From Octopus sinensis (Eukaryota): DNA of 64,000 nucleotides. The position numbers were made by a program, and so were the translations under genes. Each line of letters begins with the position of its first letter. The stretch's first letter is position 1. Under the pieces are notes generated by a model. The model did no database searches and was not told where the DNA came from. It worked only from the letters and a program-made list of their open reading frames with translations. The stretch is taken from the NCBI RefSeq assembly GCF_006345805.1, contig NC_043000.1, forward strand, positions 67,766,001 through 67,830,000, written 5' to 3'. This document shows, in pieces, positions 23,851-40,930 of the stretch.

Positions 23851-23974
23851 GCACCCATGTAACAGCTTTTGTTATATTTCTGCTGCTTTTACATAAAGCA
23901 TATTACTCTACCTCTGGTATTTGAGTACTCTTTTTTCCACCTTGTTTCACATTTATGTGCTCACTCCGGTAGAC

Positions 23975-24268
<294 letters not shown>

Positions 24269-24277
24269 CATGAAAAA

Positions 24278-25814
24278 ATGCGAGCAAGGGAAATATTATT
24301 CTTAAGATTATAAACCTGGAAAATTACACAAGTTATTACACTTGGAAAAGTTAGGACAACTTACTACATTTGGTAAAGTGGAGAATAAGAAAATTTTACT
24401 TAAAATATTGCAGCTAAGGATAAAATTTCAAATATAATATTTAGAGTAAAGATTGTTTGCCAACATAACATGGCATTCCTGGTTTAGGACGAATATTTCT
24501 ATAATTTAGCACCAGGAGACGTCGTCTCCAGCTGGCTATAAGACACGATCTGTCTCCTTATATTTTCGAACAAAGATCGTGTCCTATAGCCAGCTGGAGA
24601 CGATGTATCCTGAGGCTAAATTACAGCAACATTTGTCCTAAGCCAGGACTGCTATGTTATGTTAGCAAACAATCTTTACTCCAAAATACTGTTACTGAAT
24701 ATATATCGTTGTGAGATTTACAAATAGTAATTTTTTAATAATATTTAGACTTAGAAAATATTAGCTTTCATTAAAACTAAAAATTTTATTTCAAGTTATT
24801 ACTTCTATTTGTTATTACTTGTTACTTTTATTAAAAACTAGCAGTATCGCCCGGCGTTGCTCGGGTTTGTAAGGGAAATAACTATAAAGCATTTTTAGAT
24901 AGTTATAGCCAAAATATGGGAAAAAAATGATGGTAAATTTTTTTGAGAGTTAAAAAGGTGGAGTTGCGTCCCCTAGACAGTCTGTGGTTTGTGTTTCTGA
25001 TTATCGACCCCATGTCGAATTTATCGATTTTTTTCAGAACTGGGGGAACTTTTCAAAATTTTCGCTGCGTTAGTTTTGAATTATGACATTGGGCTATGTG
25101 TGTGTCAAGTTTCATCAGAATCGGTTGAAAGCCGTGGTCAGAGTGAGGGTACAACCAAACAGACACACAGAAACACACACAGACAAACTGCCGTTTATAT
25201 ATAGAGAGATGAACAAAAATAACTCAAAATATTTTTGCACTTAAAAAATTCATTTCTTTAATTATTAATTAATAATTAGAACTTTGAAAATAGATTATAA
25301 AAAAATAATAATAGTACATAATTAGTTAGTACAATAAATAGAATAAAATAAAAATTAGTTATATATTACAGTAAAATCTACCTATAGCAACAAACTCACA
25401 GTAAAATTTGCTTGAGTTATTGTTGAAGTTATTGCCAAGTGTTCACATTTTTAGTCTTGACCCAATGCCTATTTTTTACGTAATGAATTTGCCTACCATA
25501 TATACTATTCTACTTAGCATAAAACTCTAGCTATATTGGTACTTCTGGCTCTCATTTTTTTAAGTATTCTAGTGTGTAAATATTTTAACAAAATGATGGT
25601 ACCTTTTTTAATTATAATGTTACTTTCTAAATTAAAATCAAATAATTTTTAATATTCAAATTTTATCTTTAGCTGCAATATTTTAAGTAAAATTTTTTTT
25701 GGTTTTGCACTTTACCTGATGTAATAACTTGTGCCAAATTTTTCCAAGTGTAATAACTTGTCCTGTAGTTTTCCAGGTTTATAACTTTAAGAAAATTATT
25801 TCTGTTGCTCGCAT
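24278..25814. mobile_element. Foldback/MITE-like element with ~165-bp inverted arms and an internal hairpin (24444-24681)
   Basis: 24278-24440 is an imperfect reverse complement of 25650-25814. Inner palindrome has ~108-bp arms and a 22-nt loop. Confidence 0.7.
24838..25209 (-). mobile_element. Non-autonomous Helitron
   Basis: Minus strand A|TC start. Ends in hairpin cccgagcaacgccggg plus CTAG|T. Confidence 0.8.
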
Positions 25815-26453
25815 TATGCTAATTATGCTAATTAACAATGTGTCAATTAGCGCTGTCATTGATGATTTTTTCCTTGCCTCAATGACACCGGTGACATATA
25901 TTAAAAGTCCCCTTCTAGAACTATATTCATAAAAAAGTATACCACTATATTATCACCCTCAAATTTGAGAAACAAACACTCATAACTTTTTTCTTTTAAA
26001 ACCCCATTGCATGAGATTAATACAAAGAAATTCCTTGAATTGAGCTCTATCATTTAAGCTTAATTAAAATATAGTTTGTTTTTATCTCACAATTTTTTGT
26101 ATGCAAATTTTTGTTGCATGGGACCAAAACTGTGAAATTGTTCATGCTTTCTTCTATCATTGAAGCTAAGATAAATATATTTTGCTTTTAAAATAAAGAA
26201 GTTACTTAGATCTGATTGGTGGAGTTACTTACTCTCCTATAACGTTGCTGCAAATTTTGACGCAAACTTTTTTCTACTGGATCAAACCTCAATTTTTTAT
26301 GCCAAAGTGTAGCTAGAGACCAGTCTTCAAAAATGTTAACAGTTTTCAATTTGGTTAAGAACTGAATTAGCGACAAGCTCTGAAACATGCTGCATGTGAG
26401 TAAATTTCGGCCTTAAGAATATTATTCAACTACCGTAGTTGAATGATATAAAC

Positions 26454-26515
<62 letters not shown>

Positions 26516-26572
26516 CTGTGTGTCTGTGTGCGTGTGTTTGTGTGTGTGTGTGCGACTGACTGATAATGTATA

Positions 26573-29546
<2,974 letters not shown>

Positions 29547-30369
29547 TGAAACTTTGCATACATGTTAAACCTACATCCAGTTTGTTACTAGGCTCATTGC
29601 AGCTTAATAAAAATCTATAATTGGACGGCTAGAGCCCCTAGAAGGGGTCCAGATATAACCTATGTATTTTCCTTTAACGGCCAAGGGGAAATAACACATT
29701 CATTTTTCTTTATTTTCCTCCTTTGCCCACTGGTCATTTCTCCCACCATTTATTAGAGAAGTAATATCATTAGAGTGACCAGTTGCCAGTGGATACGTTG
29801 TATAAATACGTGTTCGTTCTACATTACGTGGACTTTCTTACATAAAGTTGTCAGACAAGGTCAGTGATTTTACTATCAATTCTGTCCTTAGTCAATATAT
29901 AAATTTAATGACATTTCATAGACCTACCTAAGATCTTTCATTTAAAACAAATTCGAGTAAAATTTGACCAGAGGTTACGGAGATATCAATGCCACAACTT
30001 ATTTGCAAATTTTACCATTAACGTACAGTTTCTATGGCAATCGTGCAAAAAATTTTCAAAATATTACATTTTATTTGGTATAAATCATGTTGAGTATGTT
30101 TATTTCTTAGTGTTTGAACTGTTGGGGTTATTTTCACACTTTACCCAGAATAACCCTTAAACAAATACATAGTATTTTCCTCAGCAATAGATCCACTTGT
30201 TTTGGTTTGTGATTTACTCACGAATATACCATGAAAGACGATGCCTTTTATGTCACTTCAGCCAATTAACAAGCGCTGCATGAAGAACTGTTCTGCTTTT
30301 AGATAAATGCACTGTCATCACAAAGGTCATACCCTGTTTACAGATAAGAACACCTTAATTTATAATGAT

Positions 30370-31000
30370 AGATGCGTTAATGTTTTGTAACAATGTACTC
30401 TATGTAACAACCAGCTACACAAGCAGACAGAAATTGCCATTTATCTCTCAATAACATTGCAATCTGGAACAGTTGCCAGATGAGCATCACATTTACAATT
30501 CCACTGATGCTGTACTCAACATCGATTAAGCTGTGAATTATCCAGTTGAATATTTGAATAGTCTAACACCACCCGCCCTCTCACCTCACAACTTGCACCT
30601 CAAGGTTGGGGCACCAGCGATGCTGCTTCGAAACCTTGATCCACTAAAGCTTTGCAACGGCACACGACTTATAATAAAGAAGATGATGCCAACAGTTCTG
30701 AAAACAATTTTGACTGGTAAAGCAAGTGGTGAGCCTGTATTCATTCCTAGAATTCCACTTATTCCCTCGGATATGCCTTCCTAGTACAAGCACCTGCAAT
30801 TCTCGTTGAAACTGAGCTTTACAATGAGCATTAACAAGGCACAGGGGCAGTCCTTGGATGTGGTAGGTCTGAACCTTGTGGAACCAGTTTTCTCCCATGA
30901 CTAATTTTATGTAGGATACTCAAGAGTCGACAATCCTAATCATTTGTTTATTTATGCCCCACAAGGAAAGACCAAAAATGTTAATCAAGAAGCTCTCCAA
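30370..31000 (+). mobile_element. Helitron PIF1 helicase C-terminal fragment
   Basis: [56 protein letters not shown], with stops. Confidence 0.9.
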
Positions 31001-31729
31001 ATTTAATAAGATTCACCAAATCATCAGGTATTTATTATTTAACTGTAATATATTTAAGTGTTGTAAATGTATTAGTAATCTATGTTATTCTATTTTTAAA
31101 TCTATATGCAAATTTATTTGTATGTCTACTGTAATACTAGATGTCAGTCTGTTTCTACATTCAATGTAAATCTATTTCAACATTAGCCCTCCTAAGGGTT
31201 ATATTCTCTGGGAATGCACAAAATCCCTTTTCAGAGTTACTTACTTTGAATTGTTATTATCACATATCCGATTTGCCTGTTATTACGTAACATGCTTCAC
31301 AATTTTGGAATACATACCTTATTGGTATTTCCACCTAAGTTCTATATACTCTGGGAACGCAATAAAGCCCTTTCCAGGGCTACTTTATTTGAATTCAGCA
31401 TGGCCGCAGCTCTGAGCTGAAACTTTAAAAAAAAATTGGGTAACTAATTTGTATGTTATTACCTGACTTCACGATTTTGGAATTCATAACTTATTGGGAT
31501 TTTCTAAAAACGAGACCCTATGTAAAACGGTTCGGTATTCTCTGTAAATGCACAAAAACCGTTTTAAGGGTTACATTTTAAGAAATGTTCCTGTAAAACA
31601 CTGCGTGCTTAAAGAACCGTAAAAGAACCTCAAGAAACACGTGTAGCAGAGATTTAGAAACGAGTAGTAAGTATTAAATTAAAATTCTTTTATATGGTGT
31701 GATGATGGGGACTACTATCTCTAAATAAC

Positions 31730-31841
<112 letters not shown>

Positions 31842-31890
31842 ATAGGAAAGAATGGAGCTGAACGAAGATTTAACAAAATTCCTTTATTTT

Positions 31891-31976
31891 ATTTTCGACA
31901 TACGTTTCGAAGTCTGCAAAATCCCTAATTCCGAATGAATAAGGAGTCCATTATGCAGCTTTCTCTTCAGGAAAAT
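31891..31976 (-). ncRNA. Type I hammerhead ribozyme
   Basis: Minus strand AUUUUC-CUGAAGA-GAAAGCUGCA...UGCAGACUUC-GAAA-C(GUAU)G-UC-GAAAAU. Confidence 0.85.
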
Positions 31977-33979
31977 CCAGGAACTTAATTCTCCAACAAA
32001 ATGCACAACAAGTTTTTCGTTGACTGCTCACAAGGAGCCCATAGAGATAATGATAAATAATGTCTATTTATAGGGGGTGACGCCAGATTGGTTGAAAGTA
32101 GGAGAAAATGTCAGTTAAAATAGTTCAAGGGTTCAATCAAGGTTGGAGAAGGAAGGTAAAGGAAAATTAAAGTGAGGGAATGTATTCTGTATGACTGGTG
32201 TTTATATTTGATTTATTTTATGAATGAGTGCTCGTATGTATGAGTGTGTAAAATTGCCTTAATGTGTGTGTGTGTGGAAGGCAGAGAGAAAGAATTAACG
32301 GTCAGGAGGTGAAAAGACTGTGTCTGTGTGTTCGAATGTGTCAACTTAAGAGGGAGAGGGCAGGTGGAGGCCACAATAGTAATGACAAGAGACAAGGTTA
32401 CTGCTGGAATTGGTAGTAGTTCTTAGCAATTATGAGAAAGTCTTATAAACTAAAGGGATGAGATATCACATTTTAATTTTGTAGGAACTCCAGGGGTTAT
32501 CTATATTAGACTTCATTGGTATGAGTGAAAGGTATGCTTTTTCCAGTGTAGGCATCTGAAAGATCTCTCGACAATCGAGTTTATTAGTTGGCCTCGGGCA
32601 AACAGAATATGAAAGTGTTCTGAATTACAGAGGGCACAGATTTTTCTGCCCTTATCAAACGGTAAGGACACCGATAATATTGACCATTCCAGCTTAAAAG
32701 TTGAATTTGCGTTCTTCAAACATAACATATAGTAATAATAATAATAATAGAAATAGCACAGATATTAGCAGCCTTCATACCAGCATTGGCGTTAGTAATA
32801 AGGATAAGAGCACTGGCCTGGTCATTAACGGAGGGGGTCTCAACAATAATAGTAGCAGCGGTTTTAACAACAGTAGTTTTACGGACAATAACAATCACAG
32901 CATTCCCAGAAACAGGGAATGTGCAGGTGATATTGCCTTAAATAGTAATGAAAATAGGTTGAATAGTATCGAATCCAGCAGTAATTTTTACAACCATCAT
33001 AGAAATAAGAACGCTGTATTAGTATCGGAAACTAATCCCAATAGATTAAGGTTCTTATCAAATAACTCCAAAATTAGAAACACCACTTACCAGTGCAAAA
33101 TTTCTGCTGGATCCGATGTCTACCTCTATATTGGCGCAACCTCCTCTAAATTAGCCACAAGGATATCAAATCATTTTTCCACGTTCCGTGATAAGAGTAA
33201 ACAGCACACCACGAGGCTAAGCAAATTAGTCTGGCGTTTGAAGAACGCAAATTCAACTTTTAAGCTGGAATGGTCAATATTATCGCTGTCCTTACCGTTT
33301 GATAAGGGCAGAAAAATCTGTGCCCTCTGTAATTCAGAACTCTTTCATATTCTGTTTGCCCGAGGCCAACTAATAAACTCGATTGTCGAGAGATCTTTCA
33401 GATGCCTACACTGGAAAAAGCATACCTTTCACTCATACCAATGAAGTCTAATATAGATAACCCCTGGAGTTCCTACAAAATTAAAATGTGATATCTCATC
33501 CCTTTAGTTTATAAGACTTTCTCATAATTGCTAAGAACTACTACCAATTCCAGCAGTAACCTTGTCTCTTGTCATTACTATTGTGGCCTCCACCTGCCCT
33601 CTCCCTCTTAAGTTGACACATTCGAACACACAGACACAGTCTTTTCACCTCCTGACCGTTAATTCTTCTCTCTGCCTTCCACACACACACACATTAAGGC
33701 AATTTTACACACTCATACATACGAGCACTCATTCATAAAATAAATCAAATATAAACACCAGTCATACAGAATACATTCCCTCACTTTAATTTTCCTTTAC
33801 CTTCCTTCTCCAACCTTGATTGAACCCTTGAACTATTTTAACTGACATTTTCTCCTACTTTCAACCAATCTGGCGTCACCCCCTATAAATAGACATTATT
33901 TATCATTATCTCTATGGGCTCCTTGTGAGCAGTCAACGAAAAACTTGTTGTGCATTTTGTTGGAGAATTAAGTTCCTGG

Positions 33980-34065
33980 ATTTTCCTGAAGAGAAAGCTG
34001 CATAATGGACTCCTTATTCATTCGGAATTAGGGATTTTGCAGACTTCGAAACATATGTCGAAAAT
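33980..34065 (+). ncRNA. Type I hammerhead ribozyme
   Basis: Helix I auuuuc/gaaaau, CUGAAGA at 33986-33992, GAAA at 34048-34051, palindromic ACAUAUGU helix III, GUC site at 34057-34059. Confidence 0.88.
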
Positions 34066-34276
34066 AAAATAAAAGAATTTTGTTAAATCTTCGTTCTGCT
34101 CCATTCTTTCCTATACTTAATATATTAAATTAAACTTCAAATTTTCGCACTAAGGCATGGAGTTTATGCCCTATGGTCGTAACTTCAACCGTGCTTTTTC
34201 TGCTGTGAGTTTGCTACCCAGGTATCGGTTATCTTTCGAATTATCCGTAATAAGATAATTCATTTGTCTACTTAAA

Positions 34277-34329
<53 letters not shown>

Positions 34330-34523
34330 TATATATATATTTGAGTAGTTGAATGAATTATCTTGTTATGTATAATTCGGTTAACCGATACCTGGGTAGC
34401 AAATTCACATCAGAGAAGACACGTTTGAAGTTACGTGCTTTCGTGTGGAAATTTGTATGTTTTTTTTTTTATATAAATATATGAAAGAATGGAGTTGAAC
34501 GACGAATTAACAGAATTCCTTTA

Positions 34524-34606
34524 TTTTCGACATATGTTTCGAAGGCTGCATATTCCTAATTGCGAAGGAATAAGGAGTATATTATGCCGCTTTCTCATCA
34601 GGAAAA
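34524..34606 (-). ncRNA. Type I hammerhead ribozyme
   Basis: Minus strand UUUUC-CUGAUGA-GAAAGCGGCA...UGCAGCCUUC-GAAA-CAUAUG-UC-GAAAA. Confidence 0.85.
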
Positions 34607-34942
34607 GCAAGGAACTTATGTCAAAATCAAGATGCACAAAAAACTTTTAGATGACTGCTCACACGGAGCCCATAGTGATAATGAATGTCTCTTTAAAAAT
34701 TCCTTTATAAGGAGTGACGTCAAAATGGTTGGATGTAGAAGAATCTAGAAGGTTCTAAAGGTTCAAGGGTTCAAACGAAGTAGGAGAAGAGAGGCATAAG
34801 AATAGGAAGGTTACATCCAACCATTTTGACGTCACTCCTTATAAAGGAATTTTTAAAGAGACATTCATTATCACTATGGGCTCCGTGTGAGCAGTCATCT
34901 AAAAGTTTTTTGTGCATCTTGATGTTGACATAAGTTCCTTGC

Positions 34943-35025
34943 TTTTCCTGAAGAGAAAACGGCATAATATACTCCTTATTCCTTCGCAATTAGGAATATG
35001 CAGCCTTCGAAACATATGTCGAAAA
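34943..35025 (+). ncRNA. Type I hammerhead ribozyme
   Basis: CUGAAGA at 34948-34954, GAAA at 35009-35012, GUC at 35018-35020, helix I uuuuc/gaaaa. Helix II is weaker than in the partner arm. Confidence 0.75.
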
Positions 35026-35225
35026 TAAAGGAATTCTGTTAATTCGTCGTTCAACTCCATTCTTTCATATATTTATATTTTTAAAAAAAACATACAAATT
35101 TCCACACGAAAGCACGTAACTTCAAACGTGTCTTCTCTGATGTGAATTTGCTACCCAGGTATCGGTTAACCGAATTATCCATAACAAGATAATTCATTCA
35201 ACTACTCAAATATATATATAAACCA

Positions 35226-35722
35226 TCTACACTATAATTGCGCTATTTACGTGTGTGTCTGTCAAAATTTTGTAACCTAACTCCACAACCACTGGACCGA
35301 TTTCGACCAAACTTGGTGTGATGAACCGTGGGTACCGGGAGAATGTCAGCATCTATATGGAATTCACGAAAATTAACTGGTCCGGTTCCAGTTTGGTAAA
35401 ATCCCACAAAACGAAATACCCTTCTTTCACTATTCAATGGCTCTCCTACTATTCCTCATGCTTACTATCTCTTTCTCTTATTGAGAGCTGTAGTATGAGG
35501 AGTGGTAATTGACAGAATTGCATACAATGTCACATTTCATAACTCTCACACACACACACACACATATTTACTGTTTCTCTTAACTCATTCTCTCTTAACC
35601 GGTTGCGCCCTTTTCCATGTCTCCTTCGATATTACTTTGATGTTTCTCTCTCCATATATATATATATATATATATATTACGTATTGATACAATATTATCT
35701 CTCATAACTCTCTCTCTCTCTC

Positions 35723-35756
<34 letters not shown>

Positions 35757-38700
35757 ATACACACACACACACACACACATTTACTACTTCTCTTACTTCA
35801 TTCTCTCTTAACCGGTTGCGTTCTTTCAAATGTTTCTATCGGTGTCATTTTGGAAAAATAAATAGATACTGTTAGTCTTCGGTGAAAATTACAAATACAC
35901 CATACTCACTAAACACTATCTTAAAGTACGTTTTTATGTTATTGAATTGCTCTAAACGAATCTGACAATAAAAATGTTGGAAATTTATTTTTTTTTTAAG
36001 ATATTAACAAAATTTGTCGGATCTATTTTCATGCCGTCGGAGCTACTTTTATATCTGTTTACGTCGTTATGTGTATGAATATATTATTAAATGTACTGTT
36101 GTCTGATATTTTACGCATGCATAGAATTCTTGCAATAACAGACGTAAAAAAGTATGAAAATTTCAGAAACTTTACGCATTCAACTGCATGAAAATAGGTT
36201 CGATTGATTTTATTATTACCTTAAAAAATACTAAATTTCCGACATTTTTATGGTCGAATTCGTTTACAGCAATTCAACAACATAAAAATCGCACTTTAAG
36301 ATAGTATTTAGCGAGTATAGTGAAATTGTAAATAAATACACATGATAAATATTTACAATTAATACCATGAAAACTTCCCGTTCAGAGAAATTAGCTCAAA
36401 TACTAGCTGAATTGTCTCAAAATTTTCACTGAATAATTGTCATAAATATTCACGCTTTCATCAGTACACTATGCCCAGAAAAGAAAGGACAACAACCTGT
36501 CCCGAAAAAATTCCCGTTCACAAAAGATTACTGAGCAAAGACAACAGACGCTAATTGAAGAAAACAGACAAGGACTTAGCTCTTCTCAATGTCTCGAAAT
36601 AAAGCGAAGGAGAATGCAAGAAACCCGTGCAATGGAAACGCCAGAAGAAACAGAGGCACGGAGAAATGCAAATCGGCTGAGACAGGAAACCCGTGCAATG
36701 GAAAGACCAGAAGATTCAGAAGCACGGAGGAATGAGAATCAGATGACAACACAGGAAACCCATGCAATGGAAAGAACAGGCAAAAGAGAAGCACGAAGGA
36801 ACGTGAATCGGCTGAGAATACAGAAAAGCCGTGCAATGGAAACGCCACAAGAAACAGAAGCACAGACAAATACTGATCGGCTGAGGAAACAGGACTCTAG
36901 GGAAAATACGTCGCTGCCACATATTCAGCAGCGAAAGCAAACAACCAGGCACGATACCAATCGAGACTTCGTCAGCAAAGAACTGACACTGAGAGAATGG
37001 CTATGGAAGTCGATGTGGCAGATTTTCATGAGAAAGAACGAAACCCAAGTCTTATGTTGCACTACTGTGGAAACATTTTTAACAGAACATGCCCTGACTG
37101 CAGAGCTTACTTTTGGGATGCTGAGAAAACTACCCACTGCTGTGGCAAAGGAAAAATTAGCCCCCAGAATTAATAGCTAAGTACTATAATGTCAGTCTAT
37201 GCGGTCAAAGGTTTCTGATCAAAATTCGTGACTAGGATAATTTACTGGCTATGGTTTCGCTTGGGACTGGATAATCCACCAGTTGGACCACAGGGTGATA
37301 GCACTTTTATGCCTACTTTCAAGATTCAAAGAAAGTTGTACTACTGCTTAGGAAGCCTCCTACCAGCAGTAAATAGGAAGCCAGTCTAGGCACAGCTCTA
37401 ATTCGTTGACACTGAAAATGAGATGAGAAACAGGTTGTCATTCAGAGGAGCTAACAATAACCTTAATGAGAACATCCTGCTAGACTTGCAGAAAGCACTA
37501 CATTTACACAATCCATATGTCAAAATTTTAAACAGGCTATTGATATAATCAAGGAATACCCTGCACCAGGAAAATGGTCTACCGGTGATTTATAAGTCAT
37601 GACAAACGGCTTATTCCTACTGGGTCACATGAGAGAACCTATAATCCACCGACTGCATCACAAGTTGCTGTGATCATGGTGGGATATACCTATAATCCAA
37701 GCATTAAGCCTGCGGACCTTGTTGTGCAGTACAGAGAGAGAGCAATGGGAAGTTAGACTACATTAGTCAAATCCACAGAAGCTATGGCCCTCTTCATTAA
37801 GTACTTGTTTCCCTATGAGGAAGATGGTTGGAATGTGTTCTTGAAAGACAATGACCAAAGCAAAAACATCACTGAATGTGACTTTTATTCTAATCAGCTT
37901 CAGGCAAGAAAGGACAAGTTCAATGGCATAATGAAAAGTAGACGTCTGATGCAACAATATGCAGTAGATCAATATGCAAAGATAGAGCAAGATCGATTAC
38001 ACTTCCTGAAAACTAACCAGAAACAACTTAAGGTTGAAAAGTACCAAGGCCTTCTGGATGCTATTGCAAATGGTGGCATGAATGACGTAGGGTCTAAAAT
38101 CATTCTTCCACCATCACATACTGGTTCTCCTCAGTTTTACATGGAGTGTTTCCAAGCTGGAATGGCTCTGGTGAGAGAGTCTGGAAAGCCAGACTACTTT
38201 ATCACTATGACAACCAACCCGAAGTGAACTGAGATAACGGAAGCCCTGCTTGGTTCTGGGAACAATGGGCATATATAGGCTTTGGACTCAGGGTATAAGG
38301 ATATGAAAGGAATCCACACTGACAACGTTGTCTATAAGGGAATTCTTTAAGAAAATTATAGGTGTAGGCGTGGCTGCGTGGTAAGTAGCTTGCTTACCAA
38401 CCACATGGTTCCGAGTTCAGTCCCACTGCGTGGCACCTTGGGCATGTGTCTTCTACTATAGCCACAGGCTGACCAAAGCCTTGTGAGTGGATTTGGTAGA
38501 CAGAAACTGAAAGAAGCCAGTCATATATATGTATGTGTTTGTCTGTATTTGTCTCCTCACATCACTTGACAACTGATGCTGGTGTGTTTACGTCCCCATA
38601 ACTTAGTGGTTCGGCAAAATAGACCGATAGAATAAGTACTAGGCTTACAAAGAATAAGTCCTGGGGTCGATTTGCTTGACTAAAGGCAGTGCTCCAGCAT

Positions 38701-38823
38701 GGTCACAGTCAAATGACTGAAACAAGTAAAAGAGTAAGTTTCACTTTTTACTTTCAAACTATGAACAGGAGTTTAGATATGTACTAGCTGAATCAACCAC
38801 CCAGAGGGCGATGATTCATCTAG
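35226..38823 (+). mobile_element. Internally deleted Helitron with degenerate Rep region (~36470-38240)
   Basis: LFPYEEDGWN..LMQQYAVDQYAKIEQDRLHFL..IILPPSHTGSPQFY..GKPDYFITMTTNPK is Helitron Rep N-terminal region, preceded by ~25-aa charged repeats. Putative ends A|TCTACACTATAA at 35226 and hairpin plus CTAG|T at 38820-38823; ends are less certain than the coding call. Confidence 0.75.
38361..38737 (+). mobile_element. tRNA-derived SINE (octopus type), CpG-decayed
   Basis: Same family as 22812, with CpG changed to TpG/CpA. Confidence 0.9.
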
Positions 38824-39879
38824 TTTTTTTTTATAATTTTGTAATATATACATTATCAGTTAGTGACATTTCAAGTCGAAATCCAACAAAATGCTGATCA
38901 CAGCGCTAAAACATAACTTCAGTATCAAATGTTCAGAGATTTAAAGGATTGAAGCAATTAATGAGTGAGAACAGGGATTAATTTAAGCAAGAAATATGAA
39001 ACAAACCACTAAAAATCTCTTTTTAAGTAAAATGCATGCATATTTTAGATCTGAGAGTCCAATCATTCTTTAGAAGAGAGAAGTATAATGAACAGATGAT
39101 ATCTCTTTAACAAATTCCTATATCACAGACAAAGCAGTGCTAGCGACTTTTCTGCAATTTATGCAGAATTAGAAAATTCACTAAACCAACATTAATATTA
39201 CTGCATTTTACAATTTGCCACCATATATGTTTGCAATTAGTTCAGTTATTGCTTGTTTATCATTAGGTATATAGCTCTAGGCACAGTTTCTATGACTGGA
39301 TGCCCTTCCTAACAAAGAAACCATGCCAAATCAGACTGGAACCTGGTGCAGCTCTGGTCAAACCATCCAACTCATGCCAGCATGGAAAACAGATGTGAAA
39401 TGATGATGATGATGAGCTATACAAGGTAAAAATGAGTGTCATATACTACTGCCTTCTAGAATCATACAACTTCTTAACTTTTTGCAACTGTAACTATAAA
39501 ATACACAGTCCATTCTGTGTTTCAGTTAATTTTTAAAACAATCAAAAATTTAGAATAAGATTTTCTTTATTAAAAATGATGCTTGAAACAAAATATATAA
39601 CAAATATCATTCCATTCCCTGTAGCTGGTTAGATGGTGGGGAAAAAAAGGTGAATCCACTTTGAAAGTAATTGCATCAACAAATGTTACCTCATTCAAAA
39701 TGGATGTAAAACAGCAAAACAAAAAAAAATAATGACAATAACAAGGATTTCTTACATTGGTGCAAACTTATTGGAGGCAACTGCTGATTAAATTAACTTC
39801 TTTACTGGTACTATTTTACCATTCTGGTAGAGATTGTAAAGTAAAGTTAATCTCAGAAGTACTTGAACTCAGAACAGGC

Positions 39880-40683
39880 ATAACTAACATTGATTTCAAA
39901 TATTTGTACAAGGCCAGCAATTTCAGGCAAGGAGTTAAGTCAATTACATTGACCTCTGTGCTCAACTGGTATTTGTTTTATTGACACTGAAAGGATGAAA
40001 GGCAAAGTCAACCTTGATGGAATTTGAACCCAGTGCATAAAGAAGGACAAAATGTCACTGAGCATTGTCAGCTCACAACCTTATAAACATAACTAATACA
40101 GGCTTAAATTGTAAGGCCAACAATTTCAGAGAGGGGTTAAGTCAGTTACATCAACCCCAGTGCTCAACTAGTATTTGTTTTGCCGACTCTGAAAGGATGA
40201 AAGTCAACCGTGGTGAAATTTGAACCCAGAACATCAAGACAGACGGAATGCCACTAAGCATTTTGCTCAGCATGCTAACAGTTCTGCCAGCCCACCATCT
40301 TAAAGGCATAACTAATATTGCAAAATATTTTATTCAGTGCTATGATTCTGTCATCTACTACCCTCTTGATGATGATGAGGATGACAATCATTTCTAACAA
40401 AGATACAAATTTTGGAGGGAGAAGTTAATCAATTATAACAACCCCAGTACTTGAGTGGTACTTTATCAATACTAGGAGGATGAAGCATAAAATTGACCCT
40501 GATGGGACGTGATTTCGAAATGTAAAGAGCTGTAACTAAATGCCACAAAAAATTTTGTCCAACATTCAAATGACTGTAAATCTGAAACCATGCCAAATCA
40601 GACTGGAGTTTGTTGCAGCTCCCCAGCTTGTCAGCTCTGGTCAAACCATCCAAGCCATGCCAACATGGACAATGGACATTAAA

Positions 40684-40716
<33 letters not shown>

Positions 40717-40930
40717 TCTTTCTATTATAGGCACAATAGATATGAGATGTCAGGGGAAGAAGCAAGTTGATTACAGCAATCCCAGTACATGACTAGTATT
40801 TTATTTTATTGACCCCAAAAGAGTGACAAAGTTGACTTCAGCAGCATTTGAACTCAGAATGTACAGAGCCAGAAGAAATGTGAAGTATTTTGTCTGGCAC
40901 GGTAATAATTCTGTCAGTTCACCATCTTAA
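39880..40930 (-). mobile_element. Cluster of decayed Nin-like SINE copies
   Basis: Repeated gaaaggatgaaag..aaagtcaacc..gaatttgaac..cagaa blocks. Another copy lies at ~43950-44110. Confidence 0.7.

Larger units (their letters stand above)
34340..35210. repeat. Near-perfect inverted repeat (arms 34340-34737 and 34812-35210, 74-bp spacer) of a Penelope pLTR plus flank
   Basis: Arms are reverse complements apart from a handful of substitutions. Confidence 0.93.

Noticed and set aside
31200-31580. Three degenerate repeats of tattctctg..atgcacaaaa..ggttac
   Set aside because: Too diverged and adjacent to a Helitron tail; most likely ordinary internal repeats of that element.
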